IMG/VR virus record: IMGVR_UViG_3300009678_000106
Span: 1-35,086 of that record
Length of the DNA: 35,086 bases
Direction: 5' to 3' (one strand)
Source of the DNA: a virus
Taxonomy: Duplodnaviria; Caudoviricetes
A program made the translations under genes and the position numbers. Of this stretch, positions 1 through 8,362 are shown piece after piece. Numbering within the stretch: position 1 is the stretch's first letter; every line of letters starts with the position of its first letter. The notes beneath the pieces are model-generated. The model ran no database searches and had not been told where the DNA came from. It worked only from the letters and a program-made list of their open reading frames with translations.

Positions 1-1
1 A

Positions 2-451
2 AAAGCCTCTGCTCCACGATTACAACTCACTTCGTTATATGATGAACGAAAGGAAAGAAACGCGCTTAAACGAATGATTTTAAGTACTAAGACGATTGTT
101 CACAAATATATCCGTAATCGCGACAAAGGAAAGCCTTGTATTTCGTGCGGTGATAATTGGAAAGATAGTTTTCAAGCTGGGCATTTTTACGCTTCCGGAT
201 CATTTGAAACGCTTAAATTTAATTTTGATAACATAAACGGACAATGTGAAAAATGTAATTTGTATCTAAACGGTAACTTTGAAAACTACTCTTTAAACCT
301 TCCTAAACGAATAGGAGAAGAAAGATACAATGCGCTTGTTAAACTTGCAGAGATTGACAAACAGTTTGTAAAAGTTTGGACTATTGACAAATTAAAAGAA
401 ATACAAAAAGAAGTAAAAATTCTAAATAAATCTTTGCAGGTAACAAAATAA
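2..451 (+). CDS. ninG: NinG/Rap-family recombination endonuclease (5' end runs off window)
   Basis: IRNRDKGKPCISCG...AGHF...NINGQCEKCN motif pattern; frame is open from position 2 to the ATG at 74. Confidence 0.85.
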   Translation, partial: KASAPRLQLTSLYDERKERNALKRMILSTKTIVHKYIRNRDKGKPCISCGDNWKDSFQAGHFYASGSFETLKFNFDNINGQCEKCNLYLNGNFENYSLNLPKRIGEERYNALVKLAEIDKQFVKVWTIDKLKEIQKEVKILNKSLQVTK

Positions 452-463
452 TAACTATATTTG
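433..463 (+). promoter_or_regulatory. Bacteroidota primary-sigma promoter (-33/-7)
   Basis: TTTG (433-436), 19 nt spacer, TATATTTG (456-463) matches TTTG-N19-21-TAnnTTTG. Confidence 0.7.
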
Positions 464-476
464 CTTTTGTAATGAG

Positions 477-567
477 GTGAGATGCATTATCAACATATCG
501 GAAAAAATTATAATAATCCTATCAGGAAAGCGCATCTCACAATACCGCCGACTTGATGGGATTTTTT
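477..567 (+). promoter_or_regulatory. Structured 5' leader / putative attenuator
   Basis: Terminator-like stem AATCCTATCAGG(515-526)/CTTGATGGGATT(552-563) plus T-tract; GCATCTCAC (532-540) inside it is the exact complement of GTGAGATGC (477-485). Confidence 0.55.
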
Positions 568-585
568 AATTTAATACACTACACT

Positions 586-786
586 ATGATTTACAAATTT
601 ATTGAATTGGGTACTCAAGATACCTATTTAGAATTCTTTTTAACTACAAAAAAAGAAGTAACATTTCAAATTACAAACATCGAAGGATTAACTGAAGATG
701 TAACTCTAACTAAAAATCAAGTATTTGATTTAATCGGCGCTCTTTTATCTATTCAACACAAATTGAAAGGAGGTTCTAATGGATAA
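586..786 (+). CDS. Hypothetical protein
   Basis: ATG 586 lies downstream of the leader hairpin; overlaps the next gene start. Confidence 0.65.
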   Translation: MIYKFIELGTQDTYLEFFLTTKKEVTFQITNIEGLTEDVTLTKNQVFDLIGALLSIQHKLKGGSNG

Positions 787-1318
787 GCCAGAAAGAAAAC
801 CGATTAGTAAAAAACTGCGTTTTGAAGTTTTTAAAAGAGATTCATTTACTTGCCAATATTGTTCTGCAAAACCTCCGAAAGTTCCTTTAGAAATCGATCA
901 TTTAATTCCGGTTTGCAAAAAGGGGACTAATCATATTGATAATTTAGTTACAGCTTGCTTTGATTGCAATAGAGGTAAAGCAGGAAACGAACTTACTTCT
1001 ATTCCTAAAACTATTTTAGAAAAATCAGAAGGTAAAAGAATTGCATTACAACAGTATAAAGAATATCAAAAAATACTTTCTTTAGAAAAAGAACAAATTG
1101 AAAACGATATTAATACAGTAGAAGTGCTATTTAATAATATTTTTAATGATTCATGCTTTAGTAATAAATTCAGAATTTCTGTAAAGACTTTTTTAAAAGA
1201 GTTAGATATAGAAGTTGTTTCTGATGCAATGGAAAAGGCTTGTAATAAAATGCGCTATCCTGAAAAGGCGTTAGCTTACTTTTGTGGTATTTGTTGGAAT
1301 AATATAAAACAAAGATAA
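779..1318 (+). CDS. HNH endonuclease with C-terminal helical extension
   Basis: RFEVFKRDSFTCQYC...LEIDHLIP...GTNHIDNLVTACFDCNRGK. Confidence 0.9.
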   Translation: MDKPERKPISKKLRFEVFKRDSFTCQYCSAKPPKVPLEIDHLIPVCKKGTNHIDNLVTACFDCNRGKAGNELTSIPKTILEKSEGKRIALQQYKEYQKILSLEKEQIENDINTVEVLFNNIFNDSCFSNKFRISVKTFLKELDIEVVSDAMEKACNKMRYPEKALAYFCGICWNNIKQR

Positions 1319-1992
1319 TGAACGGCTACGAACTTTCAAGAGCGTGGTTCGATTGGTGCTTTGAAAATCCGGAGAAAATAACTCCGAACCACTCAGCAAT
1401 TTACTTTTTTGCTATTGAACATTGTAACCGTTTAGGATGGCGCGATAAATTCGGCTTCCCTACTCAAATGGCAATGGATGCAATAGGAATAAAGAAGCAC
1501 CAGACATATACTAAATATCTTAATGATATAGTAGACTGGGGGTTTATTAAAATGGTTCAAAAAAGTAAAAATCAATACTCTGCAAATATAATTAGCTTAG
1601 TATGTGCTTTGCCAAAAAACGGTAAAGCACTAGACAAAGCAATAGTAAAGCACGCGGCAAAGCAAATCAATAGCACGGGGCAAAGCAATAGTAGTATAGA
1701 TAAACAAGAAACTATAGACAATAAACCAACAAAAGAAGAACAATTTATTTTGTTTTGGGATTTGTATAAAAAGAAAGTTGATTTAGATAAATGCAAAGGG
1801 AAGTTTTTAAAATTAACTGATGCTGAAATTGAAAAGATACTTGATGTAGTAGAAAATTACGTTAAGTCAACACCCGATAAACAATACCGTAAAAACCCTC
1901 AAACGTGGTTAAATGGTAAATGCTGGGAAGACGAAATACAAAACACAGACGAACAAAAGCCGGAAGTTAAAAACAAATTCTTTTACTTATAA
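1318..1992 (+). CDS. Phage replication initiator protein
   Basis: N-terminal wHTH-like part, low-complexity linker, C-terminal FWDLYKKK...KNPQTWLNGKCWEDE motif; directly upstream of primase-helicase. Confidence 0.7.
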   Translation: MNGYELSRAWFDWCFENPEKITPNHSAIYFFAIEHCNRLGWRDKFGFPTQMAMDAIGIKKHQTYTKYLNDIVDWGFIKMVQKSKNQYSANIISLVCALPKNGKALDKAIVKHAAKQINSTGQSNSSIDKQETIDNKPTKEEQFILFWDLYKKKVDLDKCKGKFLKLTDAEIEKILDVVENYVKSTPDKQYRKNPQTWLNGKCWEDEIQNTDEQKPEVKNKFFYL

Positions 1993-3782
1993 TGGATTAC
2001 AGGGACTTTAACATAGACATAAGAAGTAGTAAAACATCGGGAGAGGTGCAAACTACTTGCCCACAATGCTCGCATAACAGAAAAAAGAAAACAGATAAAT
2101 GCCTTTCAATAAATTTGGATAAAAGTACTTGGTTTTGCCATCACTGTAGTTGGAAAGGCGGTTTAATTAATCATGTTGAAAAAATCGAGTATGTTAAGCC
2201 TATTTGGAAAAACAAAACTGAACTTTCTGAAAACGTAGTTAAATGGTTTGAAGGTCGTGGGATTTCACAAAACACGCTAAAGCATTTTAAAATTTCGGAG
2301 TCGTTGGAATTTATGCCACAAGTGAATAAAGAAGTAAATACAATTCAGTTTAACTACTTCCGTAACGATGAGTTGGTCAATGTGAAGTACAGAAGCGGTT
2401 CTAAGGCATTTAAATTACACAAAGGCTCAGAGTTATTATTTTACAATTTGGATTGCTTAAAAGGCTTTAAAACGGTTTTGATATGTGAGGGCGAAATTGA
2501 TGCAATGACTTTCTTTGAATGTGGTTTTGAAAATGTTATTTCAGTTCCGAATGGCGCAAACATAAATACAAATAATTTAGTGTACTTAGATAACTGCATA
2601 AATGAGTTGGAAGGGGTTGAAACTTTTTACATCGCAACTGATAACGATATTGCAGGGCGTAAATTAAGATATGATTTAGCGGAACGGTTAGGAATTGAAA
2701 ACTGCAAGTACTTAGAATTTGACGAATACAAAGACGCAAACGATTTATTTCAGCACAAAGGCAGCATTTCAATTAAAAACGCAGTTAACAACGCAAAAGA
2801 TTTTCCTTTAGAGGGAGTGTTTACCATTTCGGATATAGATAACGAGATAAACGATATGTATGTTAATGGATTAGATAATGGCGTTGCAACCGGAATGAAT
2901 GAATTTGATAAGCATTTGAGATTTGTTAAGGGATATATCACAACAGTAACCGGAATACCAGGACACGGTAAATCCGACTTCGTAGATCAAATAGCATTGC
3001 TTTTAAATATTCAAAACGGTTGGAAATTTGCGTTTTACTCACCGGAAAACAAACCGACACGATTACACGTTTCTAAACTTGCAAGAAAGTTAACAGGCAA
3101 AAAATGGTTTGGCGATGGCAGATTATCAATTGACGAATTAAACGACTGCAAAAACTATTTAGACGGCAAATTTTGGTTTGTTAAGCCGGAAAAGGATTTT
3201 ACCTTAGATAGTATTTTATCGCACGTTAAAAGACTTAAAAAGACAAAAGGAATAGATGCGTTTGTTATTGATGCGTGGAACAAATTAGAGCATAAATTTA
3301 CTCAAAACGAAACTAAATACATTGGTGAAAGTCTGGATAAGTTAGCGACGTTTTGCGAAGATAACCAAGTGCATTGTTTTTTAGTTGCTCACCCGACAAA
3401 GATTTTTAAATCAAAGGAAACAGGTAAATATGAAGTTCCAACGCTTTACAATATCGCAGGATCAGCAAACTTTTATAATAAAACTGATAACGGTATAACT
3501 GTTTACAGGGATTTTCAGGAAGAGAAAACAAATATATTCGTTCAGAAAGTTAAGTTTTCGCATTGGGGGGAAGTTGGCTGTGTTGACTTTAGGTATCATT
3601 TAGATTCAGGAAGGTACATTGACGACCATAACGAAAAAATATTTAGTTGGTTAGATTATAAAAACCAAAAAGAACAACCGGAAGTTAAAGAAGTTGAACA
3701 AATTGATTATACTATTCCAAAAGTATCTTTATTAGATGCGTTTGGAGAAAGTTACAACGAAGAAAGTGAGGTAGTATTTTAA
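1992..3782 (+). CDS. Bifunctional primase-helicase (T7 gp4/Twinkle-like)
   Basis: Zn finger CPQC...CHHC, TOPRIM EGEIDA and DNDIAG, SF4 Walker A GIPGHGKS, VIDAW, LVAHP. Confidence 0.92.
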   Translation: MDYRDFNIDIRSSKTSGEVQTTCPQCSHNRKKKTDKCLSINLDKSTWFCHHCSWKGGLINHVEKIEYVKPIWKNKTELSENVVKWFEGRGISQNTLKHFKISESLEFMPQVNKEVNTIQFNYFRNDELVNVKYRSGSKAFKLHKGSELLFYNLDCLKGFKTVLICEGEIDAMTFFECGFENVISVPNGANINTNNLVYLDNCINELEGVETFYIATDNDIAGRKLRYDLAERLGIENCKYLEFDEYKDANDLFQHKGSISIKNAVNNAKDFPLEGVFTISDIDNEINDMYVNGLDNGVATGMNEFDKHLRFVKGYITTVTGIPGHGKSDFVDQIALLLNIQNGWKFAFYSPENKPTRLHVSKLARKLTGKKWFGDGRLSIDELNDCKNYLDGKFWFVKPEKDFTLDSILSHVKRLKKTKGIDAFVIDAWNKLEHKFTQNETKYIGESLDKLATFCEDNQVHCFLVAHPTKIFKSKETGKYEVPTLYNIAGSANFYNKTDNGITVYRDFQEEKTNIFVQKVKFSHWGEVGCVDFRYHLDSGRYIDDHNEKIFSWLDYKNQKEQPEVKEVEQIDYTIPKVSLLDAFGESYNEESEVVF

Positions 3783-3842
3783 CAAAGACGCTCTTCCTTA
3801 TTTAATTGACGAAGGATTTATTTAATTAGAAAAAACAATATT

Positions 3843-4474
3843 ATGAAAGTATTAAATTTATATGCTTGTTTAGGCGGAAACAGATTATTGTGGGATAATT
3901 GCGAAGTAACAGCAGTTGAATTGGATCCAGAATTAGCACGAATGTATCAGGAACGATTCCCGAATGATACGGTAATCATTGCGGATGCGCACAATATTTA
4001 TTAGGCCATTATAAAGAGTTTGATTTTATTTGGACTTCACCGCCTTGTCCTACCCACTCAAGGGCTAGGTTTGCAAGACATGAAAGCACAACGCCTGAAT
4101 ATCCAAACATGATGCTTTACCAAGAAATTATATTTTTAAAACATTACTTTAAAGGTAAGTTTTGCGTTGAAAATGTTGTGCCATTTTATGAGCCACTTAT
4201 TACAGCAGCAAAAAGGGGACGGCATTTGTATTGGACAAATTTTAATTTGCCAAATGTGTTATCTGAAAGAAAATCTAACTTTATGGAAGGCAAAGACGAG
4301 GTGACAAAGTGGCAAGAATTTCATAAAATAGATCTAAGCAGTTATAAAGGTGAGCAACGAAAAGATAAAATAGCCAGGAATTTAGTCGATTACGTAGCTG
4401 GTAAAACTATTTTCGACACTATGAGAGGGATTACAGAGCAAACTAAAAATAATCAGATTTCAATGTTTAAGTGA
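3843..4474 (+). pseudogene. C5-cytosine DNA methyltransferase with a 1-nt frameshift near 3992
   Basis: First frame MKVLNLYACLGG...VELD...ADAH (motif I) stops at 4004; a second frame continues YLLGHYKEFDFIWTSPPCPTHS (motif IV) and VENV (motif VI) to 4474. Confidence 0.85.
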
Positions 4475-4518
4475 AATGTTAAAATTTCGTGCAGTTCGTC
4501 GATTAATTAAAAAAAGTA

Positions 4519-4549
4519 GTTGCTAGTGTAAAAATAAGTATTACTTTTA
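4519..4549 (+). promoter_or_regulatory. Possible variant Bacteroidota promoter
   Basis: GTTG-N19-TACTTTTA, one mismatch in each box. Confidence 0.35.
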
Positions 4550-4581
4550 CATCATAATAATAACACATAAAAATAAATATT

Positions 4582-4809
4582 ATGAAAACTTCATCAACAC
4601 ACACAAACCCGGTAGCAACAGAAAAAAGAGCTAAAGAAATATTAATTTCTTTAGGTGCTACAAATTTTGAAAATAGAACAACTACTAAATGGTTCGGGGA
4701 TTGTAATCAAATAGTTGGATTCGATGACGATTTTGATGTAATAGGGCACATTTCAGTAGATGAAAATGAAGGAGATGATTCTTTTTCTATTGAAGAGGTA
4801 TTAAGTTAA
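4582..4809 (+). CDS. Hypothetical protein (stand-alone, moron-like unit)
   Basis: ORF with A-rich leader, flanked by a possible promoter and a terminator. Confidence 0.7.
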   Translation: MKTSSTHTNPVATEKRAKEILISLGATNFENRTTTKWFGDCNQIVGFDDDFDVIGHISVDENEGDDSFSIEEVLS

Positions 4810-4818
4810 AAATAATAA

Positions 4819-4839
4819 AGCCCTTTCGGGGGCTATTTT
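4819..4839 (+). terminator. Intrinsic terminator-like hairpin
   Basis: AGCCCT-TTCG-GGGGCT followed by ATTTT. Confidence 0.65.
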
Positions 4840-4848
4840 AAAAAAAGT

Positions 4849-4977
4849 ATGAAAAAAGCATTTTACTTTTTAATCCTGATTCAAGGAATAAGAGAATACA
4901 ACCCGAATAAGGAACGATACGCAAGAATGAAACTAACAAAGTATTACGAACCAACAACATTAAAAATTTTATCATGA
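4849..4977 (+). CDS. Small hypothetical protein (42 aa)
   Basis: MKKAFYFLILIQG...; ATGA overlap with next ORF. Confidence 0.45.
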   Translation: MKKAFYFLILIQGIREYNPNKERYARMKLTKYYEPTTLKILS

Positions 4978-5147
4978 AAGCACTAGAGTACAAAGGATAT
5001 GCGATATATAAAAGTGATCACGTTGTTTACATTCCATTGCAAAAAAACCTGAAATATGAATTTTACAATTTAAATAATTGTGATGAATGTATCTACTTTG
5101 GAGAAACAATTGAAGACTGCAAAAAACAAATAGACGAAAAACTTTAA
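4974..5147 (+). CDS. Small hypothetical protein (57 aa)
   Basis: MKALEYKGYAIYK...TIEDCKKQIDEKL; below the ORF-track cutoff. Confidence 0.6.
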   Translation: MKALEYKGYAIYKSDHVVYIPLQKNLKYEFYNLNNCDECIYFGETIEDCKKQIDEKL

Positions 5148-5159
5148 ACACAAAAATAC

Positions 5160-5372
5160 ATGGCATATTCTAACAGATTATATTTAAAAGAGCATATTGG
5201 ATGTTTCGGTTTATTTTATAACGACCAAAAGGACAAGACAATTAAAATAGGTAAATTAATATCTGTAACTGAAAATGGAAACTGCGAAGATCAAGATATG
5301 ATATATTATGACAATTTTCGCCCAAAAACAAAAGAAGAAATATTTAAATTATTAGACCGTAAAATAACATAA
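5160..5372 (+). CDS. Hypothetical protein
   Basis: ORF tightly packed in the + strand operon. Confidence 0.65.
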   Translation: MAYSNRLYLKEHIGCFGLFYNDQKDKTIKIGKLISVTENGNCEDQDMIYYDNFRPKTKEEIFKLLDRKIT

Positions 5373-5378
5373 AAAATT

Positions 5379-5885
5379 ATGAAAAAAATTATCACAATCG
5401 CGTTATTAGCTATCGGAATGACAGCAAGCGCACAGTTACAATTTGGACAAAAAGAGTATTTTACAGGCTCTGTTTATGTCGATCCTTCAGCGTCTATTAA
5501 AGAAGGCGGAATAAATGCCGGTGCAGAAATAGAACTTGTATCGTATTTCGGATATGTTAAAGCTGGAGTACAAACATTTGATTCTCTCGAAGGTGGATAC
5601 TTTGATATTTCAGGGGCATTAGGTTTAAACCTTACAAGTGGATTATTTGAACAATTTAGATATTACGGAGGTATTAGGCTAGGGGTAATTAATAGAGGCT
5701 ACAAAGACAGCGGCTCACAGCCTTATCCTTTATTTGGCTTTGAAAGCGGAATTGATTACAATGTAAGTGAAAAGTATTTTGTTGGCTTACGTGGCACGGC
5801 AGACTATCGAGAAGACTTTTTATACAGCGGTGCAAGCCCTGAATACAGATTAAGCGGGTTTATTAGAGCAGGATTTAAATTTTAG
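5379..5885 (+). CDS. Small outer-membrane beta-barrel protein
   Basis: Signal peptide MKKIITIALLAIGMTASA|Q, alternating hydrophobic/Gly strands, C-terminal RAGFKF ending in Phe. Confidence 0.8.
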   Translation: MKKIITIALLAIGMTASAQLQFGQKEYFTGSVYVDPSASIKEGGINAGAEIELVSYFGYVKAGVQTFDSLEGGYFDISGALGLNLTSGLFEQFRYYGGIRLGVINRGYKDSGSQPYPLFGFESGIDYNVSEKYFVGLRGTADYREDFLYSGASPEYRLSGFIRAGFKF

Positions 5886-5888
5886 GTC

Positions 5889-6047
5889 ATGAAAGCAGTG
5901 TATACAATCCAACATGATAATTTTAATAAATCATGCGATGAAATAAAAGAAATTGCTTTGTATAATTGGTATGTTCTTAATATAGTCGAATATCATTATA
6001 TTACATATTACGAAGAGAGACATAGAAGCTTAGTTTATGGCGGATAA
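5889..6047 (+). CDS. Small hypothetical protein (52 aa)
   Basis: MKAVYTIQHDNF...; fills the gap and overlaps the next start. Confidence 0.45.
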   Translation: MKAVYTIQHDNFNKSCDEIKEIALYNWYVLNIVEYHYITYYEERHRSLVYGG

Positions 6048-6270
6048 AATACAAATAAAAGATAAAGTTATCAGAGTCGATACTTTTGAATGGCAGGAGT
6101 ATGAAGGAAGGAAAATAAGGCAGTCAGGGCTTAGAATAAACGGACAGATGCCGGAAAAATATGTAGAAGGATATTGGAAAAGGCATTGGATTTACACTTT
6201 CTTTTACGAGGATTTAAGCTACTTTGAAATTGAAGTTGATTATTCAGATAAATTCGTTAAAAAGTTATAA
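6037..6270 (+). CDS. Hypothetical protein; stop codon forms the TAAC of the first att-like site
   Basis: ORF ends TTA TAA C at 6265-6271. Confidence 0.7.
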   Translation: MADKIQIKDKVIRVDTFEWQEYEGRKIRQSGLRINGQMPEKYVEGYWKRHWIYTFFYEDLSYFEIEVDYSDKFVKKL

Positions 6271-6342
6271 CGTTCGATGGCTTTAATTCAGTTGCGCCCT
6301 ACGCGCAAACTACTTTGGCGCAATTGATTAAAACCATTGTTA
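6268..6342. repeat. attC-like hairpin 1 (75 bp)
   Basis: TAACgttcg ATGGCTTTAATTCAGTTGCGCC ... GGCGCAATTGATTAAAACCAT tGTTA. Confidence 0.85.
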
Positions 6343-6395
6343 ACCGCTGTTTTTTACGCAAGATTAGAAAATAATTAAAATATTTTTCAAAAACA

Positions 6396-6426
6396 TTTGG
6401 CAATTAGAGAATAAGACGTATATTTG
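6396..6426 (+). promoter_or_regulatory. Bacteroidota promoter internal to cassette 1
   Basis: TTTG(6396-6399)-N19-TATATTTG(6419-6426). Confidence 0.7.
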
Positions 6427-6468
6427 CTAAAGAAATGACAACGAAGTTATTTTGTAAATCTTAAAAAA

Positions 6469-6753
6469 ATGGAAACTCAATTAGCAAAAAACTGGAACAG
6501 ATTAGAAAGAAGCGAAAAATTAGAAGTTATCGAAAACGCAATTGATATGTGTAACACAAAAGAAGGTTTTTTGATGTTAAGAACTTGGGCAAAAGACAAT
6601 TCTGTAACCGCTCACATTCAAATAGAATTAGACAATCATTTATGTTCAGAAGCTGTATCTCAAGACACTTTATTTTCTTTATTTGGTTCGGATTATGATT
6701 TTAAAGAAGAAGATGCGGAAGTTATTTTAACTTGGATGGAAAGCCAAATATAA
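6469..6753 (+). CDS. Cassette 1 gene A, acidic hypothetical protein
   Basis: 94 aa ORF after the internal promoter. Confidence 0.75.
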   Translation: METQLAKNWNRLERSEKLEVIENAIDMCNTKEGFLMLRTWAKDNSVTAHIQIELDNHLCSEAVSQDTLFSLFGSDYDFKEEDAEVILTWMESQI

Positions 6754-6956
6754 TGCCATTCATTTTAAAAAATAAAGAAACCGAACAATACAGATTGTTC
6801 GGTTCTTTACCTATCCTTTGCCGCAGTATTGGATTTGATGAAAAACAAGAGAAATCACTTAGTTATATTTTCTCACAGAAAAAAGAGATTAAAACCGAAA
6901 AAGAAGGTTTTGAAATTATCAAGTTAGATCTTGAACGCGGAGGTTTTTCAAAATAG
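6753..6956 (+). CDS. Cassette 1 gene B, small hypothetical protein (possibly DNA-binding)
   Basis: TAATG coupling at 6751-6755; MPFILKNKETEQYRLFGSLPILCRSIGF... Confidence 0.7.
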   Translation: MPFILKNKETEQYRLFGSLPILCRSIGFDEKQEKSLSYIFSQKKEIKTEKEGFEIIKLDLERGGFSK

Positions 6957-6960
6957 CGGT

Positions 6961-7050
6961 TAACGAGTTGCCAGTTTTGCGAGGTAACTTGAAAGCACAC
7001 AACTACCAAACAATTAATCACTTAGCAGTTATCTTGCAAAACTGCTGTTA
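6961..7050. repeat. attC-like hairpin 2 (90 bp)
   Basis: TAACgagttgc CAGTTTTGCGAGGTAACT ... AGTTATCTTGCAAAACTG ctGTTA. Confidence 0.85.
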
Positions 7051-7064
7051 TAAACAGTAATATT

Positions 7065-7334
7065 ATGGAAAGACTTAGTGATAATAATAATATATTTTTA
7101 GAAGACGGTTCTTTTTGCTCTAAAGATGATTTAATAAATTTATACAGATTACAACGTGTTTTGTTAATTGAAGAAAATATACTAGTAAATATAATTGAAT
7201 GTATAAATATTTGGCAAAATTTTTCTTCATCATTACAGGCATCTTGGTTATTTTTCCCTGATAAAGATGAAGAAATTTTAAAATATATTTATTCAAGTGA
7301 TTATTTCACAACGTTTGAAGATTATTGTTTATAA
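7065..7334 (+). CDS. Cassette 2 hypothetical protein
   Basis: ATG 15 nt after GTTA; stop codon lies inside the next TAAC; very AT-rich. Confidence 0.75.
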   Translation: MERLSDNNNIFLEDGSFCSKDDLINLYRLQRVLLIEENILVNIIECINIWQNFSSSLQASWLFFPDKDEEILKYIYSSDYFTTFEDYCL

Positions 7335-7461
7335 CGTCCCGGTGCTTTCTGTCAGTGGCTTCGAGTAAACACTTACCACACCAACGCAAAACCAACATTA
7401 AACTAATTGACGTTTTTCCGAAGGAAAAACATAACCAAGCCATTGCAGAAAACACTTGTTA
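7332..7461. repeat. attC-like hairpin 3 (130 bp)
   Basis: TAACgtcccg GTGCTTTCTGTCAGTGGCTT ... AAGCCATTGCAGAAAACAC ttGTTA; inner hairpin GTTTTTCC-GAA-GGAAAAAC. Confidence 0.85.
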
Positions 7462-7502
7462 TGCGATGGTGTTTTTAGATATTAATTTAATAAATTATAA
7501 AA

Positions 7503-7883
7503 ATGAAAATACAAGAAAACTACTTCTACAAATTAGACAATTCAAAAGAAGTAAAAGTAATTTGGAAAAAATATGATAAAGCCAATATTTTAGAAATTGG
7601 AATTGAATACCCAACCGCAATAGTTGACTTGGATAGGTTTACAGGAATGCCATTAACTAAAGAATGGCTTTTAAAATTTGGTTTTTTTGTTGTGGGAATG
7701 AATGGATTAATTGAAGCTACATTACCAAATTTTAGATACACACTAAATCAAGTCAAAGACTACGACGGTTTTATACTTTGTGAAAATGAAAATGCACTTA
7801 TGTATATTGATTATGTTCACGAACTTCAAGATTTATTTTATGTATTATTAAAAAGAGATTTATTATTTTCTAATGCGGTTTAG
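7503..7883 (+). CDS. Cassette 3 hypothetical phage-type protein
   Basis: PLTKEWLLKFGF...YVHELQDLFYVL, recalled as a Bacteroidota phage hypothetical family. Confidence 0.75.
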   Translation: MKIQENYFYKLDNSKEVKVIWKKYDKANILEIGIEYPTAIVDLDRFTGMPLTKEWLLKFGFFVVGMNGLIEATLPNFRYTLNQVKDYDGFILCENENALMYIDYVHELQDLFYVLLKRDLLFSNAV

Positions 7884-7895
7884 TAGCATCTCGCA

Positions 7896-8024
7896 TAACG
7901 ATTCGCCCGCTTTACGCTGACAAGGAAAAACAAACCATAAACTTTGATTTACGCTAAAAGTTTACTGATACAAAACAAACATTCAATTAATAAATACAGC
8001 CTTGTTTGCGTAAAACGGCTGTTA
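7896..8024. repeat. attC-like hairpin 4 (129 bp)
   Basis: TAACgattcgc CCGCTTTACGCTGACAAGG ... CCTTGTTTGCGTAAAACGG ctGTTA. Confidence 0.85.
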
Positions 8025-8039
8025 TAAACAGGCTACATT

Positions 8040-8354
8040 ATGGATATGGTAGAAGAATATTTACAAAAGTACAAAGTAGGATTCCCCACTTTTGAAAAAT
8101 TATTCAATCTTAAAAAAGAGGAATTAATTAAAATATTGAGAGAATTATGTTCTCACGATAAAAATTGTGAGGAAGTTTTAGAAGATAACAGCAATGTTTA
8201 TAAATTTATCGAAAACGATAAGCCAACAAAAATAAAAATATGCTCTTGGAGTATTATTGAAATTACGCCAACAGGAATTTATTATAAACCTGAGCATGGA
8301 ATAGGAAAAGACATCGTTTTATTCAACAAGTTTTTTACACTAAGTTTGGAATAG
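8040..8354 (+). CDS. Cassette 4 hypothetical protein
   Basis: ORF fills the space between hairpins 4 and 5. Confidence 0.75.
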   Translation: MDMVEEYLQKYKVGFPTFEKLFNLKKEELIKILRELCSHDKNCEEVLEDNSNVYKFIENDKPTKIKICSWSIIEITPTGIYYKPEHGIGKDIVLFNKFFTLSLE

Positions 8355-8362
8355 CTTGTAGA

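Noticed and set aside
553-585. Upstream TTG starts given by the track (553, 8447, 11153, 13340, 19016)
   Set aside because: They fall within or run through hairpins, terminators or promoter boxes; downstream ATGs fit better
7325-7576. 83-aa ORF from the track
   Set aside because: TTG start, spans hairpin 3 and overlaps genes on both sides; likely spurious
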